Shown one piece after another: positions 12,813 through 24,510 of a stretch of DNA of 64,000 nt; the first letter of the stretch is position 1; each line of letters opens with the position of its first letter. The notes under the pieces were generated by a model. That model saw only the letters and a list, made by a program, of their open reading frames with translations. It made no database searches and had not been told where the DNA came from. Both the position numbers and the translations under genes were made by a program. Location: NCBI GenBank assembly GCA_965112155.1, contig OZ218107.1, one strand, 5' to 3'. This DNA is from Podarcis liolepis. Its lineage: Eukaryota.

Positions 12813-13995
12813 TTTACCTAAAATGGATTATAGGGTTCTGTGGCCCCAGTGCAACAAATCCACTTTTTAAATGAATCAGATGTTTTGTGGATTAGAAAGT
12901 GATGGGGAAATGCATTGAAAAGTGGAGGGACAATGAATGTCTAATGAGGAAATGTATAAACACCCTACAAGCAAATTTTACTTACAACCAGTCCAGCGGG
13001 TAACACTGGCCACCTTTTCCCTACTTTGTCTCAGGATTGCCCTTGTAAAACTCAGCAGAGAGAAGGATGCTCTGCCTCTCATTGGCTCTTATTCCACCTG
13101 CTGTTTGTCTCTCTGCCTTTTGCCCTAGCAGTCCCAATGGGCACCAGCCACTACATAGCTGCATATCTTTCTTACATCAATAAAATTACCTAGCAAAGAG
13201 GTGCCATATATATTTGCAATGTATGGCTGAAAATCCAGAAATGTGTATTTCACCAGAGTGCAACAATTAATTTCAAACACTTTTTGTTAGGGAGCATAAC
13301 AACTTTTCAGGCACTTAAAAAAAGCCAGCACTTTTTTTTTAAAGTGTCATATATGCAGAATTCTCTGTTAATTTAATAATACACAGAAGAGTGATTTTAA
13401 AAATCGTGAAGGTAATTACAGATGGGGAAAGGAGACTAACAACATCAAATACTTTTAGTTCCACAAAATAATGTTTAAAATGAGTAGACTATGAATATTT
13501 ATGGAGGACAAAGAGGAAAAGAAAAAAAGAGGTTGGTTTCTTTTAGGTGCCATGCAATGCAATGCAATGCAATAAATATTTACTCAGTAGTTAATTCCTG
13601 TGTGTTCAATAGGGCCTATTACCAAATATGTGTTTTGCAGCCTTAAATACTTTGTGGCTCCCTTTTCTTCTCCAACAGAGTCCTTTTTGCATTGCAAATG
13701 ATATTTCTAGTCCCTCTGTCTTCAGCTGTTTTCTCCATCTGTTGGACTGTGATCACATGATGGAAAAACTCATTTGACCTTCCTTTTCCATGTGGTAATT
13801 TTGCACTCCATAAGTCCCCGTCCCCCCCATATGACTTTTATAAACAGGCTGGGTCTTGTCAAATCATATGTAAATAATAAGAAACGGAGGGTAAGATTTG
13901 TTTGACATCTTACTGCACTGCTTAATATTATCTTGCCATTATTGTGTAGCTTTGTTCTGTAATTTTTATGTACGTGGAATATTTATATTTTGCAG

Positions 13996-14118
13996 GTTGT
14001 CTGGAATGGAAAGTATGGAATAACAATATTTTGTACAAAGTGTTTTGTGCCTTCACCCATGGAGGTCGAAGAAGAGTGTATGTATAGATTTGGAACCTGC
14101 TAGAGAATGACGAAGGAA
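13996..14118 (+). other. Candidate spliced exon (123 nt); stops in all three frames
   Basis: Strong acceptor tatttatattttgcag|G and strong donor GAA|gtaagt; GAA-rich, non-repetitive. Confidence 0.4.
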
Positions 14119-14314
14119 GTAAGTTGGTTTTTCCTGCCAACACCTGTTGCTCTAGGCTAGGGGTGGCTAAGGTGATGCTCTTCAAATGTGATGCTTCTTC
14201 CTCTGTGAGTATTTCCTTCCCCATCCCCTGCTTGCTTGCCCCACTGTTTCCCAGTCCTGGCTACAGCCCTTGCTGGGATTCTCTTCCTCCTCCCCATCAC
14301 CCTGCCAGTATCTG

Positions 14315-14835
14315 ACACTAGAACTTGAACCAATGAATTCAAGTTACAAGAAAGGAGCTTCCAATTAAACATCAGGAAGACCTTTCTGACAGTAAGAGCT
14401 GTCTGACAGTGGAACAGACTCTCTTGGGAAGTGGTTGACTCTCCTTCCATGGAAGTTTATAAGCAGAGGTTGGGTGGCCATCTATCATGGATGCTTTAGC
14501 TGTGATTCCTGCATTGCAGGGGGTTGGAGTAGATGAAGAAGAAGAACAGTTTTGGATTTGATGTCCTGCTTTATCACTCCCCTTGAGGAGTCTCAAAGCG
14601 GCTAACAATCTCCTTATCCCTTCCTCCCCCACAACAAACGCTCTGTGAGGTGAGTGAGGCTGAGAGACTTCAAAGAAGTGTGACTAGCCCAAGGTCACCC
14701 AGGGGCTGAATGTGGAGGAGCGGGGAATCGAACCTGGTTCACCAGATTACGAGTCCAGCACTCTTAACCACTACACCACACTGACTCTAGATGACCCTTG
14801 TGGTTCCTTCTAACCCTAAAATTCTATTATTCTAA
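14315..14835 (+). mobile_element. CR1 LINE 3' end interrupted by a Squam3 SINE
   Basis: aaacatcaggaaga..tttctgacagtaagagctgt..cagtggaacag...ttgcagggggttgga.tagatga[SINE]cccttgtggttccttctaacc..attctattattcta. Confidence 0.85.
14535..14786 (-). mobile_element. Squam3-type CORE SINE with (CTT)n tail
   Basis: gaagaagaa.agtttggatttgat...ggtcacccag...ctcttaaccactacaccacactg; TSD tagatga (14530-14536 and 14788-14794). Confidence 0.88.
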
Positions 14836-16910
14836 CAAGGATGACATTTCACCATGACCATTAAATGGAAAGGGAAGTTAGAAATATTTCTAATAATTAA
14901 ACATGTAATAAATATTATAGGAAGCCTAGGCAATATGCAACAGAACAATGGTATTAAAACAAGAATAAGATTAAACAACAAGAAGAAGATAAAAACCAAC
15001 AAAAGACAAAACACAAGTATGGAACGTTGTCTTCTTTTGTGTACAATTTGCATGTAGCTGTTGGCAGCAATTGATTGCTGCTAATAGGTTAAAAGGTAGT
15101 TCAGCATTGGAACCTCGCCCTCAGCAGTTTTGCTTCTTTCAAAAAATGGAAAGGAATGCTGTTCAATATTTCAGCCAAGAATGGATGCTGACCCATAGGC
15201 AAAAGGTTCCACAAGGGAAGCCATTCAACTAACTTACACTGCCTGAATTGCCAGCAAGTTACTGGAGGAGGTAGAAATATTTATTCTCTGTTTCCAGTCT
15301 CCAGCACAGCTCAGTCCAAACTATTGCTCTGGATAAGTAAAGGCCAGTTGCTGGAGATGCTTAGGCTATGTGAACAAGAAGGAATTTACCTGTTTGATTT
15401 CTAGCCAACACTTTCAGTCCTCTTGCTTCTCAGTATAAGCAAAACTGAAATTCAGTCTGTTGGGATGAAGGCATCAAACTTGCATTTAGAATTTAAAGGC
15501 ATTGCTTTCCTGCTACCAGAACATAACATTTGTTTTCCAGAGTTCACTAGACCCCTTATTGTCATGTTTAAAAATGTTCGGTCTGTGCGTTTCACATCTC
15601 ACTCTTATCCTGTTGTTAGACTTCAACGAAGTCTAAAAATAAAGCGGAAAGTCTTCAAGTCATTCCACTATAGCATTATGGAACACAACAAGCCTAAAAG
15701 CGAAGCTGAATGGGGGAATGATTTCACCACAGGCGCTCTGTTCCTGTGCGGTTACTGATGAGGCCTCCTGGAGTAACCGATAATAAACTGAAGCCTACTT
15801 GGAGATTTTGTGCTAGCCTATGCCAAACGAAATTAGAGTTGTTGACTAGAGTGTGTAGAGGGATTGAGAAAGATTCAAAAACTTCAGAAATCTCAGGTGG
15901 TTGAACATCATGCTTCAAGGTTTATGCCAATCTCACGGCGCCTGAGAGGAATCATTTCCCCTTGCAATGCTGCTTCATAACCCCTACTCAGCTAGATCGC
16001 TTATTTTTCACACTCTTTGGAACCATCTGGCATAGGCCAATGGGACAATGAATTATAGGGGAATTTTTTAGCAATGCAAACTCAGTACACACAGCCTGCC
16101 ACTCCCATTTCTACAGGGCTGAAGCAGGACATTTGGCTGAGGCAGAGTTGCCAATAACCCTCCACGCCCCTGTAAAGTCAGCCTGCTTAGTTGCCAAGAC
16201 AGAACTTGCACTTTTACAAGTTCCGTATAATGTTGGTTCTACACTTGTGAGGAGTCAGTCTTTTCGCATGGCAGCCCATATGCTTTGAAACTCCTTGACT
16301 ATTCATATTAGTCAGGCATGTCAAACCCTTATTTATTTCAGCAAGCCTAGCCAGATATAGGTAGGTGCAATTGCCATTATAAGAGAACAAGAATTCATGG
16401 TGAATTCTAGAAAAATAGCACTGACTACTGTATACTGTATACTATAGACACCTAGGCACTGTTCAATACATTAAGCCTACTGATTTCAGTCACATGGCTA
16501 AACATGTACCCATCATCTCACAATGCAATGTCTGTTCTCTTGCTAACAACTGAGTTGTTATACCTCCCATTATTGTGTTATATTTGCAGCCAAATCCTAC
16601 CCATATTTGCAGCCTAATCCTACCCATGTTTTCTTTGATTGATTTCCAGTTAGAAGCATTTCTCCCTGCTGTCTAGAACTCCTGCCTTCAATAGGTTTAA
16701 GTTACAATAGTTTTATACTTTACATAAAATGCCTTGGATCCTGATTTGCCCTTTTGCAAATGGAAGGGTTCCTTCGATTCATGGAACTGATTCTGATCCA
16801 GTGGAGGCTTCTGCTTACAGAAGTCAGGGAAAGGCAGTTTCCCCCATTTCCCACTGCAGCCCCTATCCCGATTGTGCCAGAGCTTTGCCTAGCTCACTGA
16901 AGCAATTTGA

Positions 16911-17225
16911 CACTAGAACTCATGGACCTCCAGTGAAGATAAACGTCAGAAGATTCAGGACAAACTAAATGAAGGACGTCTTCACACAGTGCACAGCTAA
17001 ACTATGGCACTTGCTCCTGCAGGAGACAGGGCTAGCCACTCACCTGAAATGGCTTTAAAAGAGGATTGGACAAATCCATTGAGGGTAAGGCTGTAAATGG
17101 CTGTTAGCCGTGATGGCTATGCTCTGCCTCCATAGTCAGAGGCAGAAATCCTTCTGAATCCAGAACAGGATGCTGGACTAGAAGGGCCATTGGCCTGGTC
17201 CTGCAGGCTCTTCTTAGATTCTTCT
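16911..17225 (+). mobile_element. CR1 LINE 3' fragment
   Basis: agattcaggacaaa..ttcacacag..aaactatgg..ggctttaaaagaggattggacaaatcca..gatgctggactaga.gggcc.ttggcctg. Confidence 0.8.
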
Positions 17226-18324
17226 GAGGGTACAGGTAACCTTCCATCAGTGGTCTAGTCAAATGAGTGGAATTCTGCTCACTGGAATATAGAATCCAAG
17301 GCCTTCCTTTTAATTATTGTTATAGGCCACCTTGAGGATGTGTAATTAATTAGGTGGGGCAGAAGCTTCTTAAATGAATAAATGTTTTAGCTCCTGATGT
17401 TTATGGAGGTTGCAAAAACCTCAATCTGAAATAAACTAAAAAGTGGATTAGTATATAAATGGAATTCATGAATTTTAATGGGGCAAATTTAAATATAAAC
17501 AAAGATAAAACTGTTAATGAGACTATTCAGAAGTAATGTGATTGTGTGTGTGTGTGTGTTTTCAAATAAATCTCAGTTATCTATCTTCAGCACAATTAGT
17601 ATTCTACCATGTTACAACTAACTGTGAAGACTTAAGAAGAATGTATTAGGACTCATACTTCTAATGGAAAATATGGTGGGTAGAAATGTATCAATCGTGT
17701 GGGAGGTTAACATGACTAACAGAAGTACTGTGGTGCAATTCTAATTTTGTAAAATGCTATTTATACCTAGATAATGAAAGGGCCTAACTAGCAGCCATCC
17801 TTCCAATACTGACCTAAAATCAGCCAGGCATATGACTGTGACTTACACTATATTGTTGCCTTCTGCATTCTCTCAGGAAAGTAAAATAATTTACCATACA
17901 TTTTTAGCTTTAAAAAAAACCACTTTACCATTAATCAGCTGTATGCAAGTCTGTTTTCTCTTTTGAATCTTTTTGGTGGCCTTTGCATTATACAACTACT
18001 TACTCTGTCCATACAGATAAATGGGCATGTAACTGCCCATAACAAAAAATACAAAGCTATGGAGTTAAAAAGGTAGAATGCATGGAAGGAGGGAATCTAA
18101 ACAATTAAGTTTTCAATATGATTATTTGGTGATAAGTTTAAACAAATTTGGGATCCTGGCACTAGGAGCAGTTGAAAAAAAAAAAGAATTAAAAAACCAT
18201 GGCTGTAGAAACAGAGAAATATCTTAACTGGAAGTTCTTATTTCTTCAGAAATTAAACAATTATTTGTGAACAAGACAGAATTGCCTGATATACTCAATC
18301 TGCTGCCACTTTCTTTGTTCCAAG

Positions 18325-18410
18325 ATAGAGCAGGGAACCTGTGGCCTTCCACATGTTGCTGAACTGCTACTCCCATCAACCCCAGCCAATGTGGCTTACA
18401 GCCAGAGAGG
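18325..18410. mobile_element. Partial hAT-type MITE
   Basis: gggaacctgtggccttcca.atgttgctgaact.c.actcccatca.ccccagcca. Confidence 0.55.
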
Positions 18411-20109
18411 AAATGTTTAGCAATGTTTAGAGTTTTGAAGCAAATGGAGAATCATGGGCTAGTGATCCCTGTTTAAGAGCTAAAGACCCAGGCCTGCTCA
18501 GCACAGTTAGACATGTTTATGCCCATTGATTTCAATGTGCATAACCAAACTTAATTCTGTGTTGGTTTTAGGCACCAGTCCAGTGGTTATAAACCGTGGC
18601 ACTTAAGTGAAAAGTTAGTTTTGTTCTGAATAACTTTACCAGGCAGGATCATAATTTTGCATGTGAGAAGAGCTCATCCTTAGCTCCATGAAATCATAAG
18701 GAGTTATCCTCATGTACAAACATTTAACAGTGAGATACCCATCGTATCTAGAACAAGGCTTACATTTCTTTATGCACTCAATTTACCAGGCTTCACAGTG
18801 CTCAGACCACAGAAGGCTAATATAACTTGGTTACTGTCAAGTATCACTTAAGAAAAGCTTATGTACTTCAGTTCCCCTACAGTGTACATTGTCTTAGGAT
18901 GGATGTCCAGATGGTATTGACATCTGTTCCTTCCCTTGATTGCTTTTAAGCTCAACCAACTTGCTCAAGGCAAGGCACTCAGCAGGAAGCCTAGAATATT
19001 TTCTTTGTCCTGATTCAACCAGTGCTGCAGTTAATATTTAAAAACAGATTGGTGATCCACAACGATAAATGAACAATGAACAGACTGCACCCCAGATATG
19101 CCACCCCCCCCTGACAAAATCAGAAGGGCTGACCTCCTTCGATAGCTTGTAACACACTCATTGTAATCACTTGGTTTGTCATTTGCTCCCTGAGATGTGT
19201 TCATGTGTGGGATGCAGTGAATCAATGCACAGCTCATATTAGTTTCAACTGACTCATAAAGATCTAAGAAGCCTTTGAACAGATCTTAGAAATCTATGTA
19301 GGCCAGTCTAAGTTTTTCACTGGTTTGGATACTTAGTCCAAACTGCACTTGACCTAAGTATCAGATACAAATGGGACGAATGAGTAAAAAAACCACAGTT
19401 ATATACAAGGTCTCCCCAACATCTCACTAGTATAAAAACCATAAGATATGTCGTAATGAATCAAATGAATTGTTCATCTAGGTTAGCATGATGCTGCTGA
19501 TGATGATTAATGCCAGATGCTTCAGAAGACAGAAGCAAGGCAGCTGGTTGATGATCCATTTTCTTCCTTCCCCCAGCCCTTCAGTTTCAATAAGCTTTGT
19601 AAGATGGGCTTGTGAGGTTTTCCTCATGTGTACTGTCCTAGAACTGGAACACTTGAAGATACGTGTGGCTTATTTAAGTTAATACAGAATGAACATACAA
19701 TGAAAATATGGATAAAATTACTATTAAAAAAACCCATGACATATGATCGCATCTACACAGAATGATTCTCCAGGCATCAAGCTGATGTGACAAACAGAAT
19801 GGATTTAAACTAGAGACCAAATGCATTTTGTCCCCCAAGGGGTCTTCCACGGTGGTCAAATAATTTTTATCATATATTTTTTCACCAAAGGTTAGCCACC
19901 TGTCTATATATATAAGGTGATATGACCAAACATATCCGTATGGTTACTGTGCACACACAGTAAATATGAAGTTATTTGAGATGATATAAAAAGATGGCAC
20001 GTTTCTACTAGTGCTCAATCATATATGTTTTAGAGCATCCTTCGGCTCTCCAGTTACAGATTATAGGCCACTCAGTGCAGCATCAAATACCTTCCCCATC
20101 TTCCTGAGA

Positions 20110-20144
<35 letters not shown>

Positions 20145-21280
20145 TTATATACTGCTGTACACCCACAGGTCTCAGGGTGGTTCATAAAATAAAATCAATG
20201 TATAAAACCACAAAAGACATAATCAAAATAAAGGTAATAACAACCCAATACAGCCCCCAAAACCCCACATTTTAAAAGGGCCTAGGATGTCAATCAAATC
20301 AACAAAAGGCCTGGTTAAAAAGGAATGTTTTTGCCTGGTGTATAATGAAAGCACCAGGCGAACCTCACTGGGGAGAGCATTCCACAGTAATGTAACCTGG
20401 AGTTTATCAGAGCATAAAGGTAAAGGTAAAGGGACCCCTGACCATTAGGTCCAGTCATGACCGACTCTGGGGTTGTGGCACTCATCTCGCTTTATTGGCC
20501 AAGGGAGCCGGCGTACAGCTTCCGGGTCATGTAATTAGGCTATCCCTGTCCAGATAGGAGCATAGCTGGGCCACCAGCCGAAGCTGATGAAAAGCACTCC
20601 GGGCCACTGAGGCCACCTGAGCCTCGAGCGACAGCAAAGGATCCAGGAGTACCCCCAAGCTACGAACCTGCTCCTGTAGGGGAAGTGTAACCCCATCAAG
20701 AGCAGGCAACCTCCCACCCATCTGGTCTAGGGAACCACCCACTAACAGTGCCTCAGTCTTATCTGGATTGAGCTTCAGTTTGTTGGCTCTCATCCAGCCC
20801 ATTACCGAGGCAAGACACTGGTCCAGCACTTCCACTGCTTCACCTGCAGATGCAAAGGAGAATCAGAGCTGAGTGTCATCAGCATACTGCTGACAACGTA
20901 CTCCAAACTTCCTGATAACCCCACCCAGCAGTTTCATGTAGATGCTAAACAATGTAGGGGATAGGAGTGTGTCCTGAGGAACCCCACACTGAAGGTTCCA
21001 CAGGGCTGAAAAGCATTGCCCAAGCAACACCCTATGGGAACGACCATCCAAGTAGGACTGGAACCACTGCAAAACGGTGCCACCTACCACTAGTTCAGAC
21101 AATCGCTCCAGAAGGATACTATGGTCGATGGTATCGAAAGCCGCTGAGAGATCAAGGAGATTTAACAGAGATATGTTTCCCTTCTCTCTCTCTCTTGACA
21201 GAGGTAATCATACAGGATGACCAAAGCAGTCTCTGTGCCAAAACCGGGCCAAAACCCCAAGTGAAATGGATCAAGATTTA
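20110..21280 (-). mobile_element. L2 LINE, 5'-truncated, decayed reverse transcriptase plus 3' UTR with (TCAA)n tail
   Basis: ORFs 20863-21102 (WFQSYL..R...GVPQDTLLSPTLFSIYM...QQYADDTQL) and 20527-20835 (WMRANKLKLNPDKTE...LGVLLDP); internal deletion and SINE insertion. Confidence 0.93.
20416..20532 (-). mobile_element. 5'-truncated Sauria SINE inserted in L2
   Basis: aaaggtaaaggtaaagggacccctgaccattagg...cttccgggtcatgt, then L2 resumes; no TSD. Confidence 0.9.
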
Positions 21281-22361
21281 ATCCGCAAAATGTACTTAAG
21301 TACGTAAGTACTTCCTTGAAAAATCTCTATTGATCACAGGAGTAGGAGATACATGATTATTCTGGTTTGCTATATATCTAGATATTGTCTTGATGAACAT
21401 CCCTCACATTCTCTGTTAAACTGCCCTCTATCATTCCTCAAATTCTACTCTTAAAAATAATGAACACAAGAGTATTCTTTCATTGCTCCCTTGCACCAAC
21501 ACAAAGCGAAATCCAGTCCTAGTGATCTCTGCATTCTAAACTTAACTAGTACACCAGCCCTAATAAAACATTCCCATACTCTTGCTTTTATTTATTTCCC
21601 TTACTTTTTTTTTTTTACCTTTATATCCTGCCATATGGCCTTTATAATGCTTACCTGTGGCTTAATTGTCAGCTATGTCTCTACTGTATGAAAACTAGAG
21701 ATGAGATGGCTGGGATATGTTAACTGACCTCTTTTCTATTTCCCCACAGAACTATCCCCTGTTTTGACTGACATTATATTTAGTAATGCATTTATTTTTA
21801 GCTTTTATTCTTCCTGGTATCTATTGTTAGGGCACTCTCTCTCTAGAGGCCAACAATAAAAATAGCAGTTGACAGCAGCCTAATTTTGGAACTGTTACTA
21901 TTTTTCAAGTTGCTGTAATTCACATCTGACTTCTGGTAACACAACTGCAACAATTAAGATCAGATCACTACCAAATATTCGTAACCACATATCAACTAAT
22001 TAAAAACAGAAGCTATTAAATGTACCAAATAATAAAACACCCCATCTTTAAAAGACTTATCACCTATGCTTTATCAATACAGACACCACCAAGCATTAAA
22101 AAATTCCAGGAAAGATCTCAGTGACATTTGTGATGGAGCTGTTCCAAATGTACAGCAGTTTGTATGCAAAGACAATATTTTCAGAGGCATTGAAATGTTC
22201 CCTTATAGACCTTCATACATTTCAGAACATCCATAATTTTGTACCTGCTCTCATCCATAGCTGCCCACCCAACTCCCAAATTTCAGCTGCCAGGTTCAAC
22301 ACCTTTGTTAGGCCCACTTTCTCTTGCTCTTCATAATCCTCAACCTTCATGAATCTATATA

Positions 22362-22831
22362 CTGTATTTTTCGCCCTATAGGACGCACCTTTTCCCCTCC
22401 AAAAATCAAGAGGAAATGTGTGTGCGTCCTATGGGGTGAATGCAGGCTTTGGCTGAAGCCTGGAGAGCCAGAGGGGTCGGTGCGCACCGACCCCTCTTGC
22501 TCTCCAGCCTTCATGGACCTCTCCGCCAGCAGTGGGAGCACGGCGCTGGGCTCCCGCTGCTTGCGGAGAGTTACCTGCATGCTGAAGCCTGCGCGCGCTG
22601 AGCTCAGCGCGTCCAGGCTTCGCGGACCTCTCAGTAAGCAGCGGGAGCCAGCGCTGGGCTCCCACGGCTTGCAGAGAGCTGCCTGTTTGGGGGCTGGGGT
22701 TGGGGGAAGCCCGGGCTTCCCCTGCCCCAGCCCCGTACCTGGGGGAAAAATAATTTCCCCCCTTTATTTCCTCCCAAAAAAAACTAGGTGCGCCTTATGG
22801 GACGGTGCGTCCTATAGGGCAAAAAATATGG
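22362..22831. mobile_element. Non-autonomous Tc/mariner (Tc2/pogo-like) MITE
   Basis: TIRs ctgtatttttcgccctataggacgcacc / ggtgcgtcctatagggcaaaaaatatgg; TA TSD on both sides. Confidence 0.88.
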
Positions 22832-24289
22832 TATATCCAGCTGGAATTGACTGTGTGATGATATCTGAAACAGATGAAAGTGATGAAGAAGGAAAGGAAT
22901 GCTTCTTAGACTGGTCATGTGAGTTATCTTAGGCAATGGGACCATCCATTTACAGAAGTGCACAAGTACTCTGTGTGTTTGTGTTTGTGTGTGTCTGTGT
23001 GGCAACCATTTCTGAGCAATGATCCGCAAGGAAGCCATATTTCACCACTGCTGAAAGTGAATCAGCTAACTCTAATTAGGATCCTAGCCTAATTAATTTG
23101 TGTGTAGGTGTGGGGAAAGAGGAAAAAGGGAAATGAATGACCGGCATGTAAAAAGCTTTTGTGTTATTTGCAAATCAGCATCTAGCACATATCATATCTG
23201 ATGCAGCTGCAAAATAACTTTATTGAAGAAGGAAAGTGGAGCATCTCTAATTAACTCTATGTTTAACTGCCTGTTGATCTACTGTTGTCCCTCTACTGCA
23301 GTTTCTAGGCAGTACAGCAAGCAAAAGAAAGTAGACCAGGCGGTTACAGTTCAAAGCACTGATAGCCCATGATGAAGCTCTAGCTGTGGATAACAGCGTA
23401 GGTATCTACAGGGACGCTTGATCCTGCAGAGAAAGTTCCTACTCGGTATCTTCCACAGCTCATGTTCATTGATGCACTGAAATTGTGCGGCCCCTTCATT
23501 CTGTCCCACATCACAAGCCCTTGGTCTGCTTCTGTAATGAGCCTGCTTCTTTCTAGTGACATTTGCCTTCCCCGATAAATCCCCTTCTTATACCCAAAAG
23601 AATATTTTAATTACTCAGAGGAGGAATAAAACCCATACCCTACTGCTCCTTATCAACTGCCTTAGAACTGTGGTCGCGAACACCAAAGAGCTTTCAAATA
23701 ATCTGTGCCTCTGGCAGCCCCTGGGTGCAAGCTAGATAGTATGGCTATCATCAAAATGCTAGGCTAGCAGGACGGGGAGCTATTAGTATTGCAGCACCAC
23801 CGGTATAATCACTTTCCCACATTTATTCATTTATTTGTGAGGCAGGTGAAGAAAAAGCTCCTGGAGAAACTGCCTGAAGAAAACGTTCCAAATAAAGTCA
23901 GACATGGAGAGAGGCCCCACTGACCCTCCCCAAAATGGAAGAAAGAAAGAAACTTATCTAACCTCTGTCAGCAAATACCTGTTTGCAAAACAAATGGCTG
24001 TAGAGCTGGTTAGGGAAGATACGGAGTCTCATTTTCTGCTTTTTTTAAAAAAAAAGTCTGAAAGGTTTTTGCATCGTGGTTTCTGTCAGATTGTTGAGTT
24101 CCAACAGCTGGGCCAATAGATTTGCAAAAACACAGTGGCATGAAATAATTTTGAATGCACGCCAATAGTGTGTTTTCTTCCCACTGCCACTAAGGCTTCC
24201 AAAGCATATATTATTTGGGTCTAGTCCTTCTAAAAAGCAGAGAAGCAAATTGTACTTCAGACACAAGTGACACAAAAGCCACAAATCAA

Positions 24290-24510
24290 ACTAGAGAAGG
24301 GTGAACCTGTTGATTTCAGTTTCTCTCAGTTTCTCATTTTTCAAATATTAAGTTCAGTCCTCAATATTTCCAGACCAGTTCACAATCCCCCCCTTTTTTA
24401 AAATTCTCGTGAAAATGCATCAGCATTTTAGTGCCTATTTTGGTATGAAATTTTCCCCCATATATACATTTTTCAAAGAGCATATAATTGTAACTAATAT
24501 ATGCATTTGT
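24290..24510. mobile_element. Old AT-rich non-autonomous DNA-transposon fragment (related pieces ~30450, 33330-33665, 39400, 41850, 47830)
   Basis: Recurrent motif ttcagtttctctcagtttctcattttt...aaatgcatcagcattttagtg. Confidence 0.45.

Noticed and set aside
15727-15780. CTGATGAG inside adjacent hairpins (cacagg/cctgtg; cggttact/agtaaccg) as a possible hammerhead or C/D snoRNA
   Set aside because: No stem II followed by GAAA (gata instead), and the C-to-D distance is too short for a snoRNA.
22324-22932. Longest ORF (202 aa)
   Set aside because: Runs through a GC-rich non-autonomous MITE; no transposase or other domain.
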